DNA of 32,000 nt from Salmonella phage vB_Sen_SG_WM_RUS_R2. How positions within the stretch are numbered: position 1 is the stretch's first letter; each line of letters opens with the position of its first letter. The position numbers and the translations under genes were made by a program. Location: the sequence record PQ002169.1, one strand, 5' to 3'. The notes below the pieces were generated by a model, which saw only the letters and a program-made list of their open reading frames with translations, was not told the DNA's origin and did no database searches. Positions 7,792 to 15,475 of the stretch are shown in pieces.

Positions 7792-7807
7792 CTGTATAAA
7801 TATACAG
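7792..7807. promoter_or_regulatory. LexA/SOS-box-like palindrome
   Basis: CTGTATAAATATACAG (CTG-N10-CAG). Overlaps a possible rightward -10 TATAAA with TTAACA 16 nt upstream. Confidence 0.5.
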
Positions 7808-7817
7808 TAGGATAACC

Positions 7818-7899
7818 TGTGGATAAGTCTGTGGATAAGCCCCTATACCGCCGCCTATTGTGTCAAATCATTTTGTGCTGTGATTAAGTCTGTGGATAA
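7818..7899 (-). promoter_or_regulatory. Cluster of three DnaA boxes (TGTGGATAA x3)
   Basis: Exact matches at 7818-7826, 7830-7838, 7891-7899, all the same orientation. Confidence 0.75.
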
Positions 7900-7967
7900 C
7901 TTAAATGATAGTTTTTCTCACTTAGGCCGATAGTTTTCTATCGTTATTATTATAGTAGTGATTATTT

Positions 7968-8016
7968 TTATAGTTATTATTTCTATCGGTTACGATTTCT
8001 TATAGTTATTATTTCT
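7968..8016. repeat. AT-rich direct repeat TTATAGTTATTATTTCT x2
   Basis: Exact 17-nt copies at 7968-7984 and 8000-8016, within an AT-rich tract to about 8050. Confidence 0.75.
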
Positions 8017-8578
8017 CATTAATTTATATGTATATTATATAATATGAAATAGTTAGTTGGCTAATGAGATTTTACGGGATTAGTAGTCTGCTAATAGTTC
8101 AGGCTATTACAACCCACCAGCAAGATTATCATTCTAGCAATTATTAGTCTGCTATCTTTCTAATACACAACAGTAAACGAAAGTCAATTAATTAATTTTA
8201 TAAAATAACTCGTTTAGTCTTGATTTTAAAAAGTCAATACCTTTTCCAACTATTTTTCAATTTTGCTTTTGTTAAATATTTGTTAAATCGAAAATAAGCC
8301 GCCTAAAACGCTTTCTAACGCGGTAAAATTTTCAGGCATCCCATCATAAAGGGATATCCCGTTTATCGTCACCTGATGGATTCTAGAAAAATCAAGTAGG
8401 GCAAGGCAAATATAAATGAAAAATTACTTGCCTATCTGCTGGGTTTTATGGTATTCGCGCGCCCGTTTCCTTTAAACTTAGGCAATCGCCGGACGGCGTC
8501 CGGTGAAACTGTATTAGCCACATTGCTAATAATTTTGGTATAATATAATAACCAAATGAAACTAATAGGAGAATATTA

Positions 8579-8920
8579 ATGATTGAGCTAACAAAAGATA
8601 TTGATTTAGAAACCGTGCTAGATAATCTTTAATATGATGAAACTAGTCCCAGTTGCCTACGGTGGAAAGTATCCCGCCCCGGTTGCGCCCTTCATGGGGT
8701 AGCAGGTACTAAAAGAAAGGATGGTTACTGGTCTGTACAGCTCAATAAAGAGCGTTACCTAGCGCATCGTATTGTGTGGTTATTATTTAATTATAAAATA
8801 GATAGCAAACTAGTAATTGATCATATTGATCGTAACCCTAGTAATAATTTTATTGATAACTTACGGTTAGTAACTCAAGCCGAAAACAACCAAAATAAGG
8901 GAGGCTATAGAAAGGCGTAA
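8579..8920 (+). pseudogene. HNH endonuclease pseudogene (in-frame nonsense codon, C-terminally truncated)
   Basis: MIELTKDIDLETVLDNL*YDETSPSCLRWKVSRPG...YLAHRIVWLLFNYKIDSKLVIDHIDRNPSNNFIDNLRLVTQAENNQNKGGYRKA*. Same frame across the TAA at 8630-8632; aligns with ORF 12427..12936. Confidence 0.75.
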
Positions 8921-9013
8921 AACTTACATTTCTTTACAAAAATAAGGTTGCGCCATTTTTGGTATTTGCTATTATTTATCTCGTAGGGCGGCAATGACGA
9001 ACTACACGGCGGG

Positions 9014-9074
9014 AAGTTTACCGCCGCGCTCTTTAAAAATTGGGTATATCTTAAAGTCTATCGGCGGTAAACTT
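9014..9074. promoter_or_regulatory. Leader hairpin enclosing a boxA-like motif
   Basis: AAGTTTACCGCCG/CGGCGGTAAACTT, 13-bp perfect arms; loop starts CGCTCTTTAAAAATT, similar to rrn boxA TGCTCTTTAACAATT. Confidence 0.45.
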
Positions 9075-9099
9075 ATCAATTATATAAGGAATCGCAGAT

Positions 9100-9303
9100 A
9101 TGAAACAAACGCTTTTAATAACTGGTAAACCAGCCAAAAAATTGGATGGTACTACTAAAAAGTTGTTGACAATAGCCCAGCAATCCGTAAAATTCAGATT
9201 CATGCAGTACAAGAAAGGCCACCAGCAAGGTCTGGAAATGATCTGGCGTAATATTATGATCGACCTGAAGGAAAATCATAAAAAACTGCAAAAAACAGTT
9301 TGA
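9100..9303 (+). CDS. Small basic protein (67 aa)
   Basis: ORF with SD-like aagga upstream. Confidence 0.5.
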   Translation: MKQTLLITGKPAKKLDGTTKKLLTIAQQSVKFRFMQYKKGHQQGLEMIWRNIMIDLKENHKKLQKTV

Positions 9304-9535
9304 CACCCTAGCCGATAGGCTTTAAGATGTACCCAGTTCGATGAGAGCGATAACTTGATAAAATTTGACGGTCGGCACTTACCATAATGTGTCCCGCCCC
9401 CTAACTGGGATATAGCGGCCCGCGTGGAGTTCTTTAAATTGATTATAGCGGTGAGCGGATTGTTGCTTATTACCTGCTATTACTTTTCTAGCAGGTAATG
9501 CGGAACAATCCCCTAAATAACTTGGAGTTTATACT

Positions 9536-9787
9536 ATGCAAAACGTTATTACCGCGCCTAAAATTGGTCAATCCGTTTTTATTCCTTTCGTTACTAAAAC
9601 GGATGAGGCAACCGGAAAAGCCGAACGTATTAAAGGCGCGGCGCTTATGCCGTTCGATACAATCGACGCAGTATACGCTGAAACGGAACGGAGTAACAAC
9701 GGGAAAACCGTTTATAACGTTCGGGTTAAATCCGGCGACGTTGTAAAGGTTGCCCAGCGCAATGAAAAATGGGAAGCTGTAGCATAA
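9536..9787 (+). CDS. Hypothetical pre-early protein (83 aa)
   Basis: ORF with SD ggag; flanked by hairpins. Confidence 0.7.
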   Translation: MQNVITAPKIGQSVFIPFVTKTDEATGKAERIKGAALMPFDTIDAVYAETERSNNGKTVYNVRVKSGDVVKVAQRNEKWEAVA

Positions 9788-9888
9788 GTTTATAGTGTTA
9801 CTTTTATATACCCCAGTAGTTCGGGGTATATAACGATTAACATTATGTTAATCTTATCCCTTAAATTAAACTAATAGGAGTTACAATC

Positions 9889-10305
9889 ATGGCTAACGTT
9901 AAAACCGAAAAAACCGCAAAATTTGCTTGGAATGAAGAAAACACCCAGCAGGCTGTTACCATGTATCAACAGCTAATCAATGAGAACGGCTTGGAGTTCG
10001 CCAACAGCGACGGCCTGAAAGAAATTGCGAAAACAGTTGGCGCGGCTTCTCCCGTGTCCGTTCGCTCAAAATTGACCAGCGCGAAAGCGTATCAGAAAAG
10101 CGATAAGCCGCGTAAAGTTGGCGGTGGTAGTTCCATCCGTAAAGCGCATTATGTGCGTGTTATCGCTAAACATGCTATTGATTCCGGCATTATCAAAGAC
10201 GCCGATGATCTGGCATCGCTGGAAAGTGCAAAATTAGAAACGCTGGACGCCGTGGCGCAACTGTTAGGCGTTGCCGATGAAGTAAAACAAGCCGCAGGTG
10301 AATAA
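9889..10305 (+). CDS. A2: A2-like pre-early protein (138 aa)
   Basis: Size, order and helical basic composition match T5 A2, next to A1. Confidence 0.55.
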   Translation: MANVKTEKTAKFAWNEENTQQAVTMYQQLINENGLEFANSDGLKEIAKTVGAASPVSVRSKLTSAKAYQKSDKPRKVGGGSSIRKAHYVRVIAKHAIDSGIIKDADDLASLESAKLETLDAVAQLLGVADEVKQAAGE

Positions 10306-10394
10306 TAGTTATACCTTGCCCTTCCTAGTGGGAGGGCAATAATATAACTGTTTAGCGATAGTTATTTTCTTCCCTTAAATCAGGAGTTTTAAAA

Positions 10395-10592
10395 ATGATT
10401 TTCTTTCCTACTGAATCTTTAATTCTAGGCTTATTTATTATGGCGGCCTCATTATTGTTCGCTTATTTTCAAAATGATTTAGATTCATATTATTTTAAAC
10501 GTAAATCTAAATTAGCTAAGCGTTTGGGCTTACTTTGTTTTATTGCCGCCGTTGCTTGTGGTGTTAGTTCTAGCCTAATGCCGATTAGTTAA
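10395..10592 (+). CDS. Small two-TM membrane protein (65 aa)
   Basis: ORF with SD caggag; hydrophobic segments LILGLFIMAASLLFAYF and LGLLCFIAAVACGVS. Confidence 0.65.
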   Translation: MIFFPTESLILGLFIMAASLLFAYFQNDLDSYYFKRKSKLAKRLGLLCFIAAVACGVSSSLMPIS

Positions 10593-10688
10593 ATGTTGCA
10601 AATTATAACGCCACTCATTTGCGGCGTTATATCTGGCAATATTGCCAATAACAAACGTTTTTAATCCCTTTAACGGAGTTTTATTATC

Positions 10689-12356
10689 ATGGTTATTTCC
10701 GCAGAAAAACAAGCTCAAATTTTGAAAATGGCCGCAGATTTTAACTTCTACGGTAAGCGTTTACGCGCTACTAAATTGGAAGTTTGCGACGATATTTCAA
10801 AAGCTGTTTATGATACGCCGAAACATTCGACCGCAATTTGTGACTGGTTGGAAGCAAATAAGCCAGCGAAACCGAAAGCGGCAAAAGCTGAAAAGGCGAT
10901 TAAAAATGATGATCGCCCCGAAGCGGCGGGGATTGTTTCTAGTACCGTCGAACAATGGGAAGTTAAATCCGGTCGCCGTTTTATTCTAACGTCGATTCAA
11001 AATAATACTTTCCCGCATAAAAACTTTTTAGCAAGTCTGGAAAAATTCGCTGAATATATCGGTGCTGAATTGCTGGTTAGTAAATTCATTTATAATAAAA
11101 ATGGATTCCAAAACGGCGAAGGTAGCGAAGGAATCAAATATGATTCAGCTTTCGATAAATATATTTGCGATAAAAATGTTTTCCTGAATAATCGCCGCTT
11201 TGCTTTCATGGCTGAAATTAACGTTTTACCAACGGCAGATTATCCGCTTTCAGGATTCGCAGAAACCGCCACGGCTTTAAATATTGAAGGTCTGGCAATC
11301 GGTCATGCTAAAATCACCGCTGAAAGTGTGCCAGCGTTAAAAGGTGAAGTAGTGCGCCGTATGTATTCAACCGGAACGGCTACGCTTAAAAACTACGTTC
11401 AGCAGAAAGCAGGTCAAAAAGCCGAGGCTTTACATAACTTCGGTGCTTTGCTAGTAGAATTTGACGAAGACGGTGAGTTTTTTGTGCGCCAGCTTGAAAC
11501 AATGGACGAAAGCGGCATGTTCTACGATTTGAATGTTTGCGCTACGCCTACCGGATGTTTTGAAACATCCGATCATGTTCTAGGCTTGCAATATGGCGAT
11601 ATTCACGCCGAAAAACTTGATGATGATTGCGCCGTTGCGTCATGGGCTGGCGAAAATAGCTTGCTTGATATTCTTAAACCGAAATATCAGTTTATTCATG
11701 ATGTGCATGATTTTACATCGCGCAATCATCATAACCGCGCAAGTGGTGTATTCCTTGCTAAACAATACGCCGCCGGACGTGACAAGGTTCTAGATGATCT
11801 TATCGATACTGGACGCGTTTTAGAGTCTATGGAGCGTGATTTTTCGCAGACAATTATTGTTGAATCGAATCACGATTTAGCTCTTTCACGCTGGTTAGAT
11901 GATCGTAATGCTAACATCAAAGACGATCCCGCAAACGCGGAACTATATCACCGCCTTAATGCTGCAATTTACGCCGCAATAGGTGAGCATGATGAAACGT
12001 TTAACGTGCTAGATTATGCGCTGCGCAAGGTTGCAGGTTGTGAGTTTAACGCCATTTTCCTAACGACTGACCAATCTTTCAAGATTGCAGGTATTGAATG
12101 CGGCGTACACGGTCACAATGGCATTAACGGGAGCCGTGGCAATCCGAAACAGTTTAAGAAATTGGGCAAATTAAACACCGGACACACTCATACCGCCAGC
12201 ATTTACGGTGGCGTTTATACCGCTGGCGTGTCTGGTTCCCTCGATATGGGTTACAACGTTGGCGCGTCAAGCTGGACACAAACGCATGTTATTACCTATG
12301 CAAACGGTCAGCGTACTTTGATCGACTTTAAAAATGGTAAATTTTTTGTACAGTAA
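10689..12356 (+). CDS. A1: A1-like pre-early protein with metallophosphoesterase motifs (555 aa)
   Basis: Length matches recalled T5 A1 (about 556 aa). Contains DVHD, ESNHD, HGHNG and GHTHT metal-ligand motifs. Confidence 0.8.
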   Translation: MVISAEKQAQILKMAADFNFYGKRLRATKLEVCDDISKAVYDTPKHSTAICDWLEANKPAKPKAAKAEKAIKNDDRPEAAGIVSSTVEQWEVKSGRRFILTSIQNNTFPHKNFLASLEKFAEYIGAELLVSKFIYNKNGFQNGEGSEGIKYDSAFDKYICDKNVFLNNRRFAFMAEINVLPTADYPLSGFAETATALNIEGLAIGHAKITAESVPALKGEVVRRMYSTGTATLKNYVQQKAGQKAEALHNFGALLVEFDEDGEFFVRQLETMDESGMFYDLNVCATPTGCFETSDHVLGLQYGDIHAEKLDDDCAVASWAGENSLLDILKPKYQFIHDVHDFTSRNHHNRASGVFLAKQYAAGRDKVLDDLIDTGRVLESMERDFSQTIIVESNHDLALSRWLDDRNANIKDDPANAELYHRLNAAIYAAIGEHDETFNVLDYALRKVAGCEFNAIFLTTDQSFKIAGIECGVHGHNGINGSRGNPKQFKKLGKLNTGHTHTASIYGGVYTAGVSGSLDMGYNVGASSWTQTHVITYANGQRTLIDFKNGKFFVQ

Positions 12357-12386
12357 GCCAATAAATTAAAATCTTATTTGCCTAAA

Positions 12387-12420
12387 TCCTCCAATTAGTG
12401 AGACAATATTAATTGGAGGA
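12387..12420 (+). promoter_or_regulatory. SD-sequestering hairpin upstream of the HNH gene
   Basis: TCCTCCAATTA-(12 nt)-TAATTGGAGGA, 11-bp perfect stem; ggagg is the SD for ATG 12427. Confidence 0.7.
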
Positions 12421-12426
12421 TTATAA

Positions 12427-12936
12427 ATGGCAAAAGAAATAGATTTTAATGAAGTTAACGAGAATGTTTATTATGATGAATCTAGCCCATCATTTTTACG
12501 ATGGAAAATAAGTAAGCCCGGTGTGAAAGCTGGAAGTGTAGCGGGAACATTAAATCAGACAGGCTATTATGATGTAATGATTAATGGTGAATTATATAAA
12601 GCTCATCGTTTAATTTGGGTTTTATTTAATAAAGAAATTAACCCTGATTTAGATATAGATCATAAAATAATTTCTTACCCCGTTAACAACGATATAAATA
12701 ATTTACGCCTAGTTACTCATGCTGTTAATATGACAAATAAGAGTGATTATAAAAGGCGTAATAAACTACCGAAATATATTTATCTTGATAAAGTTGATCC
12801 CATAGCGGGAGAATATTACAGGGCAAAAATTAAAAACCCTATAACAAATAAATATGTTTCAAAAGGCAATTATGATTTATCTATTCTTTTAGAATGGGTT
12901 AAATCAAAGTGTAAAGAATTTAATATCCCTTATTAA
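12427..12936 (+). CDS. HNH homing-type endonuclease (169 aa)
   Basis: ...AHRLIWVLFNKEINPDLDIDHK...NDINNLRLVTHAVNMTNKS... HNH_3-type core. Confidence 0.8.
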   Translation: MAKEIDFNEVNENVYYDESSPSFLRWKISKPGVKAGSVAGTLNQTGYYDVMINGELYKAHRLIWVLFNKEINPDLDIDHKIISYPVNNDINNLRLVTHAVNMTNKSDYKRRNKLPKYIYLDKVDPIAGEYYRAKIKNPITNKYVSKGNYDLSILLEWVKSKCKEFNIPY

Positions 12937-12957
12937 ACTAATTGGAGTTATATAAAT

Positions 12958-13350
12958 ATGAAAAAGCAAAATATTCCATTCGATCGCGCTCAGTCCTCAA
13001 TTGTTCTGGTTTATTCTAATGGTGAGCGGTATCACGTTGAGGCAGGGCACGTTATTGATGAACTACTAGACTTTAATGACGCTTTGCAGGTTACTACCTT
13101 TGCCTATACGCAAGGCCGCGCAAGTAGTTACATTAAGGCCGCAGGCGTTTATGTTGACACGGTGAAACAAGAAACGATTATCATCGACGCCGTAAAATCC
13201 GGCCTAGCCTTTGCAGTTGTCGCGCCTTGCCCCGCTTGTCTTGATGATCAATTGATCAGCGCAAAAGTATATACTTGTGCGGGGATTCGTTCCAGTGTAT
13301 CGGGTGAAGATGTTAGTTTTATCGCTGATGCGTTGGCTTATGGTCTTTAA
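12958..13350 (+). CDS. Hypothetical pre-early protein (130 aa)
   Basis: ORF with SD ttggag; conserved gene context. Confidence 0.7.
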   Translation: MKKQNIPFDRAQSSIVLVYSNGERYHVEAGHVIDELLDFNDALQVTTFAYTQGRASSYIKAAGVYVDTVKQETIIIDAVKSGLAFAVVAPCPACLDDQLISAKVYTCAGIRSSVSGEDVSFIADALAYGL

Positions 13351-13430
13351 TAGTTAATTTATTATTACCCGCTTATAAATAGCGGGTAATGCTGAATTAA
13401 TCTAATCCCTTAAATGGAGAACGTAACAAA

Positions 13431-14165
13431 ATGAATCAAGTTAAAACGAATATTACCCGCGCTTTCCCGCATATTTCCCGCGTTATGATTTGGGATTTAG
13501 ACGGAACGATTATAAATTCTTTCCATCGTGTAGCGCCTTGCTTTGATGATAACGGGAATTTAGATTTAAATAAGTATTCCCGCGAAGCCTGCAAACATGA
13601 TTTAATTATGCAAGATTCTTTATTGCCATTGGTTGAATATATGCGCCAATGTATGAATGATGCAAATACTTTAAATATTATTTGTACCGCGCGCTTGATG
13701 TCTAAAAGCGATTATTTTTATTTGCGTAAACAAGGGTTGCGCGGTCGTGGTGATAGTAATATTCGCGTATTTTCCCGCGATACATTACATAAATACTTTG
13801 AGGCCGATAAAGTTAGCGAAATATACCACAGTAAAGACGCTGTATATAAATCTTATTACTTTGAACTGTTTAAACAGCTATATCCTAATGCTGATTTTAC
13901 AATGATTGATGATCATAAAGGCGTGCTATCAGCGGCAGCGTCATACGGATTTAAAACGCTGGACGCGCAAGCCATTAATGATATTCTATCAATCGGCGTG
14001 ACATTGATAGGCGAAACCTTTATTGATGAATCTCTTGAGGATGATAATGATTATCAATTTCTAGCCGACCGCCTGCAATTATGTTGGGAAAGTATGACCG
14101 AGGAAGAACGCGCAGAATATAGTTGCAGCCCGCAACAATATATTGAGAAACTAAAAGTCGCGTAA
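13431..14165 (+). CDS. dmp: 5'-deoxyribonucleotidase (T5 dmp-like, HAD fold, 244 aa)
   Basis: HAD motif I WDLDGTIINS, motif II-like CTAR, late FTMIDDHKG; size and context as in T5 dmp. Confidence 0.85.
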   Translation: MNQVKTNITRAFPHISRVMIWDLDGTIINSFHRVAPCFDDNGNLDLNKYSREACKHDLIMQDSLLPLVEYMRQCMNDANTLNIICTARLMSKSDYFYLRKQGLRGRGDSNIRVFSRDTLHKYFEADKVSEIYHSKDAVYKSYYFELFKQLYPNADFTMIDDHKGVLSAAASYGFKTLDAQAINDILSIGVTLIGETFIDESLEDDNDYQFLADRLQLCWESMTEEERAEYSCSPQQYIEKLKVA

Positions 14166-14182
14166 TAATTAAAGTTGAAATA

Positions 14183-14219
14183 GTTTCATCCTGCAATTAA
14201 AATGGTTGCAGGATGAAAC
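14183..14219. terminator. Strong hairpin after dmp (no T-run)
   Basis: GTTTCATCCTGCAA-(9 nt)-TTGCAGGATGAAAC, 14 bp perfect. Confidence 0.55.
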
Positions 14220-14340
14220 AGTTAGCATGGTAATAGTAACGGGGGTGGCGGTTAGCAGACTAAGTATTTTCGCCCAACCCACTGCACCCACCCACGCGTA
14301 CGTAATCCAAAGAAATTGGCAAAAGTCAATATAGCGCTAA

Positions 14341-14838
14341 TTAATTATGATTTGCAAACTCACCGTGGTAATGCTCCCTGGCTTTTCTAAGTTCTTTTTC
14401 AGCCTGCTCAAGAGTTTTAAAAGTTCCCACGGTAATCCTATTGCCATTTACACGTAATTTTGCTTCGAACTTTCCCTCCCCGCGTTTATATACTCCTTTA
14501 ATTCCGGTAGACTCATTCTTCCACCCCGAAGAGTTTTTGCCATTCTCTGCATTTGTTGCTTTACGTAGGTTATTCCATCTATTGTTGAAAGGATCTTGAT
14601 CTTTATGATCAATGAGAAACTCACTCGGATCTTCTCCTGTCATGTATAGATACGCTACCCGATGGGCTTTATATAACCCATTACTGCCCATTGATAGGGA
14701 TATTCCTGAGCTGTTTCTACTGCCTGCTGGCATACCTTTACGACTCCCTGAGTTCCAAGTAAATATACCGGTTTCAGGATCATAATCAAATTTCTTCTGG
14801 TATTCTGCTAATGGGAGTAAAGGTTTATGATTTGCCAT
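14341..14838 (-). CDS. HNH endonuclease with AP2-like C-terminal domain (165 aa)
   Basis: AHRVAYLYMTGEDPSEFLIDHKDQDPFNNRWNNLRKAT...; GIKGVYKRGEGKFEAKLRVNGNRITVGTFKTLEQAEKE... Confidence 0.9.
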   Translation of the reverse strand: MANHKPLLPLAEYQKKFDYDPETGIFTWNSGSRKGMPAGSRNSSGISLSMGSNGLYKAHRVAYLYMTGEDPSEFLIDHKDQDPFNNRWNNLRKATNAENGKNSSGWKNESTGIKGVYKRGEGKFEAKLRVNGNRITVGTFKTLEQAEKELRKAREHYHGEFANHN

Positions 14839-15043
14839 CTATCTTGAATCTCCTCCGAGAACTTCTTGAACCATCATTCCACTCCCGCTCAAACTCCGCA
14901 CGTTTCTCTTCAAACTTCCGCTCCCTTTCCGCAATCTCCCGCGATATTTCCGCAATATATTTACGATGCCTGTCGATAGCCGCAGTCATTCCGAAAACTC
15001 CCGCGATTATCCCGATAATAAAAGCAATTACAATACTAAACAT
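14825..15043 (-). CDS. Membrane-anchored coiled-coil protein (72 aa)
   Basis: MFSIVIAFIIGIIAGVFGMTAAI + EISREIAERERKFEEKRAEFEREW. Confidence 0.7.
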   Translation of the reverse strand: MFSIVIAFIIGIIAGVFGMTAAIDRHRKYIAEISREIAERERKFEEKRAEFEREWNDGSRSSRRRFKIDGKS

Positions 15044-15230
15044 CTAACTCCCTCTCAATTTGCAGAATACGGATACTATCACAACGTTGCAGTTCTACTA
15101 ATTTTTCTATAGCAAATTGTTGTTGCTTCACCTGAGCCTCTAGAGTTTTTAGGCGAACATACGCGGTATAAGAAACAATGAAAATTGCCCAGACTAGTAT
15201 TACTGTTAGTGTAGCTACTACTTCCATCAT
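15036..15230 (-). CDS. Membrane-anchored coiled-coil protein (64 aa)
   Basis: TM segment VVATLTVILVWAIFIVSYTAYV; overlaps both neighbours. Confidence 0.7.
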   Translation of the reverse strand: MMEVVATLTVILVWAIFIVSYTAYVRLKTLEAQVKQQQFAIEKLVELQRCDSIRILQIERELDV

Positions 15231-15334
15231 TTACGTTTCTCCGTTAGTAAAGTTTCAATTCTAGCTAAGTGATTATCTAAAATACATTGCCCAATAATCA
15301 CAATCCCTAGCAACGCAATAATTACCCATTCCAT
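15227..15334 (-). CDS. Tiny membrane protein (35 aa), absent from the supplied ORF track
   Basis: MEWVIIALLGIVIIGQCILDNHLARIETLLTEKRK*; TAATG overlap upstream and ATGA overlap downstream. Confidence 0.6.
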   Translation of the reverse strand: MEWVIIALLGIVIIGQCILDNHLARIETLLTEKRK

Positions 15335-15471
15335 TAAATCCACCCCGCCATAGCTGCTAACCAAAAACCTACGAAAATAAAGAATAGGATAGTTCCGAAT
15401 CCAAAGCTATTAATCCAGCTATCGTACACTTCTCCACGTCTACTTTTTCTTTTGTTTGACATATCTTTCAT
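15334..15471 (-). CDS. Small membrane protein (45 aa)
   Basis: MKDMSNKRKSRRGEVYDSWINSFGFGTILFFIFVGFWLAAMAGWI*; SD ggag before the ATG at 15471. Confidence 0.65.
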   Translation of the reverse strand: MKDMSNKRKSRRGEVYDSWINSFGFGTILFFIFVGFWLAAMAGWI

Positions 15472-15475
15472 GCTC

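Larger units (their letters stand above)
7792..7925. repeat. Right arm of the ~130 bp inverted repeat (perfect core 7792-7832)
   Basis: CTGTATAAATATACAGTAGGATAACCTGTGGATAAGTCTGT is the exact reverse complement of 6014-6054. Confidence 0.9.

Noticed and set aside
11593-11793. 66-aa plus ORF inside A1
   Set aside because: Alternate frame within the A1-like coding region.
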